From the NCBI RefSeq assembly GCF_040216675.1, contig NZ_JAVJOR010000005.1: a DNA stretch of 64,000 nucleotides. One strand, given 5' to 3'. Each line of letters opens with the position of its first letter. Within the stretch, counting starts at the first letter, position 1. Below are positions 27,902 to 38,089 of the stretch, in pieces. The notes under the pieces were generated by a model that searched no databases, was not told where the DNA came from, and was given only the letters and a program-made list of their open reading frames with translations. Origin of the DNA: Hoeflea sp. GTDB taxonomy: Bacteria; Pseudomonadota; Alphaproteobacteria; Rhizobiales; Rhizobiaceae. A program made the position numbers and the translations under genes.

Positions 27902-27931
27902 AAGGTCGGCTTTGGGTCCGAAGCGCCAGCT
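27902..27931 (+). repeat. Cluster C degenerate repeat unit
   Basis: aaggtcggctttgggtccgaagcg, 16/25 identical to the unit at 21749 (shared TGGGTC..AAGC core). Confidence 0.45.
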
Positions 27932-28008
27932 TCCAAAACCTGACCGGACGCCTTGGCGGAGCCCATTAGGGAAATCGGTGTGTGCTTGACCCATAAGCGT
28001 TGGTGCCT

Positions 28009-30012
28009 TTACGCCCGCCACACCACGCTCTGTTCGACAATATCGCCGATGCTCCAGTGCCGCGCGCGCAGCAGCGCAAGCTCTTCGTCTGTAAAGGCGT
28101 CGCTGCGAATAGCGAGGCATAGCAAGTGCGATGGGCGTGTTACCGCGACGTAGTGCTGTTTTAGGCTCTTGCGCAATTCGGGCTTGTTGGCCGTCAGCCC
28201 TGACTCCGCGCCCGTCAGCCAACACTTGATCCGCTTAATATGCGATCCATTGAAATGGGTGTCGAAGACGAGCGTTGCGAGATGTGTCTCGCCTTTGACC
28301 GAATGGATCGAGCCGACCTTGATCCGAACCGCTGGCTCCGCAACAGGATAAGAAAAGACGTTGTCCGTCCTCGCGATGGCACCGTCGACAATGCGCTCGT
28401 CTTCCCACGCCAGGAATTCGTCGGCGCTTTCGGCGTGTACACCAGCACACAAAACGGTTGCGATGTCGGTGATCGGCTTCTTCCACGTCTGCCATGCTGC
28501 GGGGCCGGTTGGCAGTTCGCCTTCAGCCAGCTTCCAGCATAGGGCATGGAAGCGCCGGCCCGTCGCCGGATCATGTTCGAGAAGGCGGACAAGCTGGCGA
28601 TAACGGTTGGCGAAATTCGGATGCCGGACGGCGGGATTGAGCACCGTCGACAGACTCAGCAGCGCGTCGGCGGCTTTCTGGACGATCGGTCGAAGATCGC
28701 CGTTTGCACTGGCCTCAAAAATACCGCGCCTGAGACAGCCGATGAGCGTGGCGGGCCGTCCCTCGATACGGGCGAGCTGGTGATCATAGCCGGACCAGTA
28801 GTGAGCTACGCAATTTGGCGCGTCGGGTCGGCTGGTGTCACGATGGATCGCTCCCACCGCCGCAAATACCCCTGTCGCGCGCTCCGCCGGACTGAACCTC
28901 GCTGTTAGAAGTTTGGCAAATGCTGGGAGCACCGACATTGGCTGACGGGTGTCGAACAGCAGGATCGCAGCCTGCTTGCCGTGCTCCTCTGGGGGATGCT
29001 GGCGCAGGCCGATCAGCCCTGGCGGCGTCAGCGCCAGCGGATCGGCCAGTGTCGCGATCTGACTGCCGAAGCGGTGGCTGTTAGCCACTGGGATCGCAAT
29101 CGTAGGGTCCGGGAAAAGGTCGCTGTTCGCGCCGCTCAGGTCAGTTTCAGACGCACGGCCATAGATCGCCTGGTTCATGTCGCCGAACCGCTGGCGGACC
29201 ACCGGCTCATCTCCTTCGATGAACAGGCGGCGGAGCAGCTGGGACTGAATTTCACTATTGTCCTGGACCTCGTCGAGGAACAGCATCGGAAAACGCTTTC
29301 GAACAGCGCCCCTCAGATCAGGGTTTTGATCGAGCGCCTGTCCGGCCCAAATCATCATGTCGTCGTGACAGAAGAACCCTTCCTCGGTCGTCGTTCGGCA
29401 TGCGGCTATGAACGCTTGGTACGTTGGTGTCTGCTTGCCGAGCGTGCCATTGCCCCAGCGAATGGCGCCAAGATCATATCCGGCGTCCTGGATACGCAGG
29501 AGATCTTCACCACGTTTGTTCTCTTTCACCCTGGAGCGCTGAGCTTGCGTCAACTTGTGCAATCGTCGGCGAAGACAGATGTCGTCGTCGATCGCGACGA
29601 ACTCGATTCCTTGCGATCGGAGCCAAGGCAACGCGACGAACTGGTTCACAAACCCATGGATCGTACCGATAAAGTGCGGGTAAGAGAGGATAGAGCGTCC
29701 CGTCGGGTTGGTGCCGAGGCGGTTCTCGATCTCAAGCCGCGCAACATTGGTATGCGACAGGACACAGATACCTGCGCTCGGAGACGTCCAGCGCTTCGCC
29801 AGTATCGCGAGCTTTGCAATAAGCAGTGTTGTCTTGCCGCTGCCTGGGCAGGCATCGACGTCGATCGACGCGTTCGAGCGAAGCACGTCGAGCCGCGCGT
29901 CATTGTCGTCCGGCCCGTGAAATGCCTGGACCGGCAAACCGAGGCTCGCGCAGGCGGCACCGATCTCCTCGTCGGTGACAGGCTGACCTAGAAGCTGGGC
30001 GATGCCACTCAC
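28009..30012 (-). CDS. gajB: UvrD-like helicase, Gabija GajB
   Basis: ACPGSGKT, LFLDEVQD, FGDMNQAIY, SHRF, SIHSVKGETH; ATGA overlap with the upstream OLD nuclease. Confidence 0.8.
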   Translation of the reverse strand: MSGIAQLLGQPVTDEEIGAACASLGLPVQAFHGPDDNDARLDVLRSNASIDVDACPGSGKTTLLIAKLAILAKRWTSPSAGICVLSHTNVARLEIENRLGTNPTGRSILSYPHFIGTIHGFVNQFVALPWLRSQGIEFVAIDDDICLRRRLHKLTQAQRSRVKENKRGEDLLRIQDAGYDLGAIRWGNGTLGKQTPTYQAFIAACRTTTEEGFFCHDDMMIWAGQALDQNPDLRGAVRKRFPMLFLDEVQDNSEIQSQLLRRLFIEGDEPVVRQRFGDMNQAIYGRASETDLSGANSDLFPDPTIAIPVANSHRFGSQIATLADPLALTPPGLIGLRQHPPEEHGKQAAILLFDTRQPMSVLPAFAKLLTARFSPAERATGVFAAVGAIHRDTSRPDAPNCVAHYWSGYDHQLARIEGRPATLIGCLRRGIFEASANGDLRPIVQKAADALLSLSTVLNPAVRHPNFANRYRQLVRLLEHDPATGRRFHALCWKLAEGELPTGPAAWQTWKKPITDIATVLCAGVHAESADEFLAWEDERIVDGAIARTDNVFSYPVAEPAVRIKVGSIHSVKGETHLATLVFDTHFNGSHIKRIKCWLTGAESGLTANKPELRKSLKQHYVAVTRPSHLLCLAIRSDAFTDEELALLRARHWSIGDIVEQSVVWRA

Positions 30013-31982
30013 GCGAGCCCTTCCCCAGCATTGCGCGTCGCGTAATCTATCGTGTCGACGACATAAGGCGGCAGCGCCGCCCGGAGCTCATCTGCGGAAA
30101 GACGCCCGCGTGCCGACGCGCGATCCAGAAGCGCCGCCAGATATTGGGCGGCGATCGCCTTTGAGGCGCCGCCTCGGAACTTGGCATAGACCGATGTGCT
30201 GCGCCGCTCCGGGTCTAGGCCAGCAATGTCCCGGAAGCTTCGCATGGAGGATCGTACGACATCTGCAATGGTCGCTCGCCCGGCGTGGATGCGGGCATCG
30301 GCTGCCGCAAGGTCAGCTGCGATCCAGACCTCGCGGGCAAGCCCAAAATGCGCAAGATCATATTCGAGCGTCCATTCATCCGCGACGAAGGTGCGGACCG
30401 ACTGCCCCGTTGCGCGCGCCTCGATCGAAGCGCGCAAGGTAACGAGACCGTCCGCGTCGAAATCATCCTTCTTCCGCCATTTCCTATTGTTTTTCGCGGG
30501 GACCGAGCCATCAGCTGCCTTGAGTCCAAGCATGGCCGGTGCGCAGTCGGGCATCACGTCCATGTCAGTCATACAAGCGACCGGAATATTGAGTAGCGCC
30601 TTCTCAGCCTCCGCGCGCCGTTGGAAGATGCGGCCGTAACGACCGAGTCCCGTGCCGCCGGCATTGACGACTGACACGCCGTGACGCGCCAGATCACGGC
30701 CAATCAGCCGGGCGAGAGTCGGCAGCAAAATGTTTTCCGCGTCATCCTCGACGATAATGACCCCGCGGGCGAAGAAAAGGTTTGCCCTGGTTGCATCGAG
30801 GAACCGCTCGAGAAATGCGTAGTCCGCCGGGTCAAGCAAGGTATGCTCCGGACCCATCGGAAACGCACGGCCTCCACGTACGAGGACGAGGTTTTCAAGC
30901 TTGAGTGACGAGGCGAGCGACGGGCTGTGCGTTGTCATAACGACCTGTAGCCCGTGCTCGGCGCCCTGATCCACGGCCGCCTTCTGTTTCAGGAAATCGA
31001 CCAGCAGGTGTTGTCGCTGAGGATGGAGGTGAGCCTCGGGCTCTTCGATAAGGAGCGCGGGAAACCCATCGCGCTCCTGGCTCAAGAGCAGCAGCTCGGA
31101 GGCCATGAAGAGTAGGTTGTTCGAACCGAGCCCACGTCCCGGCGGCGGGTCCGCGACACCATCGTCGCGCAGATCGAGCTCGAGCTTCTCAAGCAGCTGC
31201 CGCAGCCGGGCGGCTTTGTCGCCGCGCGCGCCGCTGACGGAGATCGTACCTTTGAGGGCGTCGCCTTCGAACGAAAGCTTTGCGAGATAGTCGTCGTTGA
31301 GGCGTGTGCGCGCGCCACCGATCCCGGGCTGCCGCTCGAGCAATTCATTGGCGAAGTCGCCGATGCCCAGGACACTCAAGGTCGCGGGATCGTCCGGAAA
31401 TGCGGCCGGGTCGAAATCGACGCCGCCGGTCGCGATCTCCTCGGTTTGCTGGAGGATCTGCGCAAGGCGCGAGCCCCGTCCTGCGGAAAGCGCCTGATCG
31501 GCATCGCGCAACGGACGGAGATAGGTCGTACAGAGCAGCGCCCGTGCCGCGGCCTCAAGCGCCGGCCCTGTGCCTGACGCGCCGGAACGGCATTCAACGT
31601 TTGTGAATCGTCGCGAAGGCCCGCGAGACCCCGCCGTCGCCTGCCAGTGAAGGAACAGGTATGCCTTACCGTCGAGATATGTGAGGTGTTCAAGGAACGC
31701 GCCACAGTCGCCTGGGCTCAGCGCATCGAACCGGAGCAGGATACGGATTTCGTTTCGGGTCCCGCTTCCATCCGCAGGCTGATGAAAATCAGCTTCTGCA
31801 ACCCGGAAATACTCCTGCCCGCGCGTCCCAAGCACAAGCCGAATGGCGTCAATGATCGCGGTTTTACCCGAATCATTTTCACCGACAAGAGCGGCGATCC
31901 CTGCCGGCAAGGACAGGCGAAACCCGGCGTCGCCTTCGCCAAACGTTCGGAAATTCTCGATTCTGATTTCAGCCAGTCGCAC
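30009..31982 (-). CDS. gajA: OLD-family ABC-ATPase/TOPRIM nuclease, Gabija GajA
   Basis: GENDSGKT, LLIEEPEAHLHP, TTHSP, TOPRIM IIVEDDAE and TDMD; directly upstream of a UvrD helicase. Confidence 0.8.
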   Translation of the reverse strand: MRLAEIRIENFRTFGEGDAGFRLSLPAGIAALVGENDSGKTAIIDAIRLVLGTRGQEYFRVAEADFHQPADGSGTRNEIRILLRFDALSPGDCGAFLEHLTYLDGKAYLFLHWQATAGSRGPSRRFTNVECRSGASGTGPALEAAARALLCTTYLRPLRDADQALSAGRGSRLAQILQQTEEIATGGVDFDPAAFPDDPATLSVLGIGDFANELLERQPGIGGARTRLNDDYLAKLSFEGDALKGTISVSGARGDKAARLRQLLEKLELDLRDDGVADPPPGRGLGSNNLLFMASELLLLSQERDGFPALLIEEPEAHLHPQRQHLLVDFLKQKAAVDQGAEHGLQVVMTTHSPSLASSLKLENLVLVRGGRAFPMGPEHTLLDPADYAFLERFLDATRANLFFARGVIIVEDDAENILLPTLARLIGRDLARHGVSVVNAGGTGLGRYGRIFQRRAEAEKALLNIPVACMTDMDVMPDCAPAMLGLKAADGSVPAKNNRKWRKKDDFDADGLVTLRASIEARATGQSVRTFVADEWTLEYDLAHFGLAREVWIAADLAAADARIHAGRATIADVVRSSMRSFRDIAGLDPERRSTSVYAKFRGGASKAIAAQYLAALLDRASARGRLSADELRAALPPYVVDTIDYATRNAGEGLA

Positions 31983-32175
31983 GTATCCCTCCGGGAGCGC
32001 TCACCGGCGTGATATCGCTCGAATCTACCATAGCGCGATTTTGGTGGCAGTGCATCCTCGGAGGCCAGCTGTCTTCAGCGAGATTCATCCGCTTTGTCGA
32101 GAGAAGCTCTGGAACGAGAGCGGGTCGCGACCCAGATGCCCCGGATACTCGAAGGCACGGATTCGGCGGATGAAC

Positions 32176-32270
32176 GAAGGGCGGCTTTAGCGGGATTGGC
32201 AACCAAAGCTGCCAGTCCCCTCCCGGCCCCAAACAAGCCGGACGGGAATGCGCCCCCATTCCGGTCGTAC
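32176..32270 (+). repeat. Cluster D of degenerate repeat units
   Basis: 32206-32231 matches 45275-45300 at 25/26; 32250-32270 matches 21868-21888 at 19/21. Confidence 0.75.
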
Positions 32271-32485
32271 AGCACTTACGGTGTCTATCCCAAAAGTCGC
32301 CATTCGCTTTGTTACTGCATGCAAAAAGTCTCAAGCGGGCCAAGAATGGTCATGATTTGCTCGCGCTACGGCATCCGCCTTGTTATTCATCCACAGCGCT
32401 TCACGCACTTCGCGACGCCTCCTTCTAGAGCAGCACTCCATTCCGACGTTCCACCCGTGGCTGTCGAACTGGACATGGCGGCCGA

Positions 32486-34474
32486 TCAATATGGCAGCGG
32501 GTGCATGGTCCCATCCGGCAGCATGACCGGCAGCCGCAGGTTCCTGATGCACGAGGTGTCCAGTTCAGCTTCCGGGTCCTCTATGAACGCCGCAGTGATG
32601 TCCTTGGCGCACTGGCTGTAGCGGATCGTGCCATGTCCGGACTCGGGCACCAGAACCACTTGAGCGTTGCTGTAGTTCTGAACCGCCAGCTCTCCCCAGA
32701 CCCCGGCGGTCTGGGTGTCGAGCTCGCCGTTCATCGACAGGACGGGCCGGTCGCTCGATCCGACGGTGGTCCAGTTCTCGCGCGGATGCTTTTCGAACAG
32801 GGGACAGTTCGTATCGAAAGGCGCGACCATCTCGACTAACGCCTCCTGCATCAGCGGGCCCCACGAGCCCTCTTCCTTCATCAGTGCGGCAAATTTCTCG
32901 CTCGAGTTCCAGCCGTCTGCATAATCCTCCTGGCAGGCGTAGAGGTAGAGCTGGAGATCGCCTTCCACGTCCTTCACCGTGCCTTCGTTGTCCTCCCGGA
33001 TCAGAGCAAAGACGCGGGCGACCTCCGTCGGGGAGAGTTGCCGGGCCAGGCCCGACAGATCAGCGGCGGAGTCCGGATCCATGTGGGTTTCGATCAGCTT
33101 GATCAGCAATGGCGCAGAGGGCTCCTTGAACCGCAGGTCGAGGTAGTCGCGACCGACCGCGAGCCGCGCGGATGGATCCGGGATGGCGCGGATCGCGGCG
33201 GCCAGTCGGTCATCGAATATCCCGGCCAGGTCGGCGCTGCGGGCATCTTCGTCGAGGTCGCCTTCCAGCAACGCTGCCGCGCGGGCGACCGTCTCTTCAG
33301 CGATCTTCATGTGGGCGGCGGCAGAGAGCATCGCCTCGACCTGGGCCATCTCGGCCTCGCTCAGTTTCGCGGCCTGGGCAGCGGCGCGAGCGGCCTCGGC
33401 GCTCGAGGACGCAGGCTTGGGCGGAAGCGCGCCCGACCGGAGCTGGTCCATCAGCGTGGTGTCGCCCTTTTCCAGCTGGGTGACCATCAGGGGGATATAG
33501 GGCGTCGCGGCGTTGTATTTGCCTGTGACATTCACGCGATCGTCGATCACCTCGAGCAGGGCATTCACGCCGATCTCTCCGTTCGGGCCGTCGATCGGGT
33601 TCGCGCCAAGCTTTTCGAACACTTCGAAAGTACGGGCGACGATATCGGGATAGGCCGCAGCACAGACCGGGTCGCGTTCGCAGGGCGCGAGGCTCAACTG
33701 GATCGGCGCCGAATGCGACTGCCAGAACATCGAGTACAGCGGCAGCCAGGGCGGCGCGTTGCCGTCGATCACCGCCGACCGGATGCCCGGCGGGTTCTGA
33801 CGCAGGATCTCCATCGTCAGCTTGGTGCCATAGGAGACGCCGTAGATATTGTAGCTGTCATATCCAAGCGCCAACATCACGGAGGGGACATCCATCGCGT
33901 TCTGCTCGGTGTTGATGAGCGAATAGTCGATACCCTTGGCCTCAAGCTCGTCAAGGCAGCTCTTGACGAACTCCTTCTCGAGGTTCGGAACATCGATCCC
34001 CTTGATGCGGGAGTCGATCACCGGCCCCAATTGTGCGCCCAAAGACGAATAGCAATCCATCTCGGGGGCGCTTGAATCCACGCCGCGCTCGTCAATGGCA
34101 ATGACATCGCGCCGTCCGCGAAGATGCTCGAAATAGCTGATCGTCTTGGCGACATTGCGGACCGTGCCGCTGCCCGGGCCGCCATGCAGGTAGATCACCG
34201 GGTCGGCGGCGGGCGTCAGCGAATGCGCCTTGTAGAGGTTGAATGCGATGTTGATCTTGGGGCCTTCCGGTGCGCGGTGGTCGAACGGCACCTCGACGGT
34301 GCCGCAAATAACAGTCTTGCCGTCGATCTCGGTGGGCGCGGTCGGGCGCGCGCAGGGAGCGATTGTGACCGGGTAGGCCGGGTCCGCGCCACCGGCTTTC
34401 AATGTGGAGAAAGCTTCGGGGTCGGGTTCTGCGATCAAAGCGGCGATAAGGGTAAAGATTTGCTCAGGCGTCAT
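32486..34474 (-). CDS. TAP-like (tripeptidyl aminopeptidase family) alpha/beta hydrolase, paralog 2
   Basis: YLHGGPG, DERGV, GVSYGT nucleophile elbow, ELDTQT, ESGHG; large helical insertion. Confidence 0.8.
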   Translation of the reverse strand: MTPEQIFTLIAALIAEPDPEAFSTLKAGGADPAYPVTIAPCARPTAPTEIDGKTVICGTVEVPFDHRAPEGPKINIAFNLYKAHSLTPAADPVIYLHGGPGSGTVRNVAKTISYFEHLRGRRDVIAIDERGVDSSAPEMDCYSSLGAQLGPVIDSRIKGIDVPNLEKEFVKSCLDELEAKGIDYSLINTEQNAMDVPSVMLALGYDSYNIYGVSYGTKLTMEILRQNPPGIRSAVIDGNAPPWLPLYSMFWQSHSAPIQLSLAPCERDPVCAAAYPDIVARTFEVFEKLGANPIDGPNGEIGVNALLEVIDDRVNVTGKYNAATPYIPLMVTQLEKGDTTLMDQLRSGALPPKPASSSAEAARAAAQAAKLSEAEMAQVEAMLSAAAHMKIAEETVARAAALLEGDLDEDARSADLAGIFDDRLAAAIRAIPDPSARLAVGRDYLDLRFKEPSAPLLIKLIETHMDPDSAADLSGLARQLSPTEVARVFALIREDNEGTVKDVEGDLQLYLYACQEDYADGWNSSEKFAALMKEEGSWGPLMQEALVEMVAPFDTNCPLFEKHPRENWTTVGSSDRPVLSMNGELDTQTAGVWGELAVQNYSNAQVVLVPESGHGTIRYSQCAKDITAAFIEDPEAELDTSCIRNLRLPVMLPDGTMHPLPY

Positions 34475-34495
34475 GGTTGGCTCCTTGCGGTCTGG

Positions 34496-36424
34496 TCACT
34501 GCGCCTTTGGCGGAATGTAGAATGCGGGTTTCAGTCCGGCGGCGCATGCCGCGTTCACCAGCACGGACGGATCTTCGATGAAGCCTTCGGCCACGTCCTT
34601 TGCGCATTGCGAGAACTGGATGACCGCGTGGCCTGCCTCGGGGAAGAGAACGGCCTGTCCGTTCGACAGAGTTCGCACGACCTTCTCTGCGGCGTCCGGA
34701 TCGGTTTGCGTGTCCTTGGTGCCCGACATCGCCAGCACCGGGATGTCACTGACCACCGGATCGTGGAAGCCCGCGCGCGGGTGTTTTTCGAAAAGGTCGC
34801 AGAAGCCGTACAGAGGCAGGGTCGACTTGCTCACGCCCGCGTCGAGGGCCGGGAAACGGTACTTGGCCGCCACAGCGGCGTAGCCCGCGCGCGTGTTGAA
34901 GGGAAAGTCCTCCTGACATGCAATAATGCCGAGCGTGAACATCATCCGCGACCGGGCGGTCAGGTTGGCCGCATCCGTCCGCGCCCGCTCGTAGAAAGCA
35001 TCGACATCTTCGTCCGACATCGCGGCGACTAGGCCAAGAAGGTGAGGTTTCTCTATGTCCGGCACATGGGTTTCGATCAATGTCTCGATGGCTGCGCGGT
35101 CGGGCGTCTGACCGATGAACATCGCGTAGTCCCGCAGCAATGCCAACAGGGTGTCCGCGTCCATGGTCCTGGCGACCCCGGACAGGGCGTCGTCCAGCAG
35201 CGCCTCGGTATTCAGCGCGCCAGACGAAGCCAGGTTGTCCGACAGGGTCGACAATAGCTTGGCGACCGCCGCTTCGGCGCTGCGCATTTGATCGATCTCC
35301 ATCAGGGCGATCTCCGCGATCGTCCTGTCGAGATCACCGAGGCCCGCACCGTATCGGGCGAGAACCGCGCCGGTGGTGGGAATGAAATTGAACCCGCCGG
35401 CCATCAGCTTTTCCAGCGTCGCCGTTTTCCCAGCAGCAAGTTCCGTGAAGACTTGCGGCAGGTAAGCGGTAAAGGGCATGGCGCGGCCATTGCTTGCATC
35501 GAGGATTTGCATAAGCACTTCCTGGTCTATGGCTTCACCCGCAAGCGTCAGCTTTGGCTCCTCTGCCAACCGGCGGCCTGCCGCGTGCACCGTCTCTTCG
35601 AGATCCGGATAGGCAGCAGCGCAGGCCTTGTCTGCCATGCAGTAATCCACCACCCAGCCCAACGCCTGATCGGGTGAAACGCCATTGGCATCGTAGGCCG
35701 GGCTGTCGACACGGCTGATGCTGTCGATAACAAGGCTTCTCAGGCCTTCAGGTGCGCTACGAAGGAGTTCCTGCCCCAGTTTGGTGCCATAGGAGATCCC
35801 AAAGGCGTTGTAGCCGGGATAGCCGAGCGCATCCATGATCGCGCGCACATCCCGGGCGCTCTGCGTCGTGTTGTAGAGAGACAGGTCGATACCGGAGGCA
35901 ACTGTTTCCGCCAGGCATTTGGCCAGCGGATCGTCCGGACCGAACAGCGTCTCCTGGTTGGCCTCGGCGAACTGCTGGAAATCCGCAGCCACCTCATTGT
36001 AGCAGGCAATTGTGCGATCCGAGATGCCTGCGCCGCGCTGGTCGAACAAGACCACGTCCCGACGGTCACGCAGGAATTCAAAGAGGGTCGCGTTCATCGG
36101 GATCTTCTGCACCGTAAATCCGCCGGGACCTCCGTGCAGATAGATGACCGGATCCGGTGCCGGCGCGGTCGAGTGTGACTTCAGCACCGCAAAAGCGAGC
36201 GGGATCGTCGTGCCGCCTGTGGCATTGTGATCCTCCGGCACGTCCACCCGTCCGCAGATCACTGTTTTGCCCTCGACCTCCAGCGGGCCAAGCGGACGCG
36301 GGCAGGCCTCAACCGTGACCGGATAGCGGTCATCGTGTCCACCCTCCTTCAGCTTGTCGAAAGCCGGTTCCGTCGCTGCCGTGAGCAGAGCAATGAGAAC
36401 TGGAAGGATCTGGTCTGGCGACAT
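34496..36424 (-). CDS. TAP-like alpha/beta hydrolase, paralog 1
   Basis: YLHGGPG, DQRGAG, GISYGT, TKDTQT, EAGHA. Confidence 0.8.
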   Translation of the reverse strand: MSPDQILPVLIALLTAATEPAFDKLKEGGHDDRYPVTVEACPRPLGPLEVEGKTVICGRVDVPEDHNATGGTTIPLAFAVLKSHSTAPAPDPVIYLHGGPGGFTVQKIPMNATLFEFLRDRRDVVLFDQRGAGISDRTIACYNEVAADFQQFAEANQETLFGPDDPLAKCLAETVASGIDLSLYNTTQSARDVRAIMDALGYPGYNAFGISYGTKLGQELLRSAPEGLRSLVIDSISRVDSPAYDANGVSPDQALGWVVDYCMADKACAAAYPDLEETVHAAGRRLAEEPKLTLAGEAIDQEVLMQILDASNGRAMPFTAYLPQVFTELAAGKTATLEKLMAGGFNFIPTTGAVLARYGAGLGDLDRTIAEIALMEIDQMRSAEAAVAKLLSTLSDNLASSGALNTEALLDDALSGVARTMDADTLLALLRDYAMFIGQTPDRAAIETLIETHVPDIEKPHLLGLVAAMSDEDVDAFYERARTDAANLTARSRMMFTLGIIACQEDFPFNTRAGYAAVAAKYRFPALDAGVSKSTLPLYGFCDLFEKHPRAGFHDPVVSDIPVLAMSGTKDTQTDPDAAEKVVRTLSNGQAVLFPEAGHAVIQFSQCAKDVAEGFIEDPSVLVNAACAAGLKPAFYIPPKAQ

Positions 36425-36554
36425 TGTTCGGCTCCATCAAGACTGCGCTGTTTTTGGCCAGCTGACCGGTGCCGTCGCGAAAAGACGACACCGGGGTCTG
36501 CTGGAAAGAGGCCACCTGCGCCATCTCGGACGAGGTGGACCGATTTCGAAGCGG

Positions 36555-37418
36555 TCAGAAAATGACGTACCCGCCTGTTCCATTCGTGAGCATCATTGTC
36601 AGTGTACTTCCATTTCCACTGCGGTTCCTGGCAAGCACCGCCGTGCCATGCGCTCCATTGACGCAATGGACCGTCGTGCTCTCGCTCCCAACCACACCCG
36701 GTGCATGCCGGAACAGGCCGGTGCAGGTCAGTCCGCCGCCGTTGATGGCCAAGGCATAAGCGCCTTCCCTGTGACCGAAAATCTGACCATTCAGCGAGCC
36801 ACCTCCGTACACCATTCCCGAACCCGAAATGCTGATGTTGCCGGCAGAGGCCGAAACGCTGTGATTTGCACCGGGGCTGTTCTCACGCAGATAGCTCTCC
36901 ACGGCATCGTGGGCCCTGGAACGTTGCGAGCGCGAGCAGGAACTGCCTGCGTTGATGGCCCTCCCGATCGGGTTGAACAGCACCGTGCAGCCACTCGCAA
37001 ACCGGACTTCCATCTCCCCGGTGTTTCGGGCGTGCAATTCCGGGATGTCGGGTCGGCCTGCTATTGTGCCGTGGGTGGGCGCGCCGCTCTCACGCAGGAA
37101 CCGGCCCGCTGCCCATCCCGATATCTGCCCGTTCGGCGTCTCGAGATGACACCACCTCGCATTGCCCGAGCCGCGACATCCGAGGTTTCTGAAGACGGCC
37201 CCGTTGGGCGCGCGAGCCACCACCGGGTTTGAGGTGCTCGGGCCCGAACGGACGTTTAGCGTATCATTCGAGGCCACGCCGGTGACCTGCCAGTAGTCGG
37301 GTCCCATCTGGGCGCTGGCGCTGCCGGGCAGGAGTGTCAGCCCCGCAGTCAGCGCGAGGGCGACACCTGCGACTGCTGATCTAAGACGCGGCGTAACGGA
37401 ATAGGTGCGAAACATCAT
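36555..37418 (-). CDS. Exported SH3b-domain protein
   Basis: Signal peptide ending ASA-Q; VTGVASNDTLNVRSGPSTSNPVV..NLGC..WC SH3 motif; two further Cys-containing domains. Confidence 0.8.
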   Translation of the reverse strand: MMFRTYSVTPRLRSAVAGVALALTAGLTLLPGSASAQMGPDYWQVTGVASNDTLNVRSGPSTSNPVVARAPNGAVFRNLGCRGSGNARWCHLETPNGQISGWAAGRFLRESGAPTHGTIAGRPDIPELHARNTGEMEVRFASGCTVLFNPIGRAINAGSSCSRSQRSRAHDAVESYLRENSPGANHSVSASAGNISISGSGMVYGGGSLNGQIFGHREGAYALAINGGGLTCTGLFRHAPGVVGSESTTVHCVNGAHGTAVLARNRSGNGSTLTMMLTNGTGGYVIF

Positions 37419-37466
37419 TGTCTTACCTCCACAAGATCTAGATTGGGCGACGAAGCCGTCGCGGCG

Positions 37467-38066
37467 TCATCGAGCCTGGCATGCGTGTTCTTCACCATAG
37501 GCATCGCTGACGCTGATGACGCCGTCGCCCATCACCAAACCGCCGGCGCTTCGCAGGTAGTAGGTTCCAGGAGCGTCGGGCGCGAGTTGTGCGCCGATAT
37601 AGACGCTGTCACCTTCCTCGACACGTACCCCGGGCAGAGCAGTCGGAAAGGTCTCCACGGTGAGCGCGCGCGGGCCGCAAATCAGCTCGACGATTTCCGA
37701 TGGCGGTTCAAGCATGAACTCTGCAACCAGTTCCGCCTCGCGGCGCAGGTATTCGGTTTCGACGCAGGCTCTCAGTTCGGGCTCTTTCCAGCACTCGTCC
37801 CGGCCGGATATCCAACCGCGCTGCATGGCGCGAAGGGTCTTGGTGGTTGCCTCTGCGTCGACATCCAGGCCTTCGGCGACGCTGACGGCTGCAGCGAAGC
37901 GGTCGGCCAGACGCCGGTCGAGCGCGGCCAGTTCGGGCTCGTCGCAGATCAGTTTTTCGGCGGAACTCTCGGCCTTGGCGCAGTCAAAGGTGGGGCCGTC
38001 CTGAGCCTGAGCGGCGGCGGGACACATGACCAGACAGGCAAGAATTGAAATGGTTCTCAGTGTCAT
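37467..38066 (-). CDS. LprI/DUF1311 lysozyme-inhibitor-like exported protein
   Basis: Signal peptide; PTFDCAKAESSAEKLIC..LAALD..QRGWI..RDEC..C pattern; start MTLRT after a GGAG RBS. Confidence 0.75.
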   Translation of the reverse strand: MTLRTISILACLVMCPAAAQAQDGPTFDCAKAESSAEKLICDEPELAALDRRLADRFAAAVSVAEGLDVDAEATTKTLRAMQRGWISGRDECWKEPELRACVETEYLRREAELVAEFMLEPPSEIVELICGPRALTVETFPTALPGVRVEEGDSVYIGAQLAPDAPGTYYLRSAGGLVMGDGVISVSDAYGEEHACQAR

Positions 38067-38089
38067 GGAGTTATCTCCTAAGTTTGGGT

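Noticed and set aside
27769-27966. N-terminal extension of ORF 27349-27966
   Set aside because: Crosses repeat cluster C and looks non-protein-like; the conserved-looking part starts at MAKLE
28981-29991. Long + strand ORFs opposite gajB/gajA, and similar ones at 33038-34075, 55004-56515 and 60491-61528
   Set aside because: Antisense shadows of GC-rich real genes
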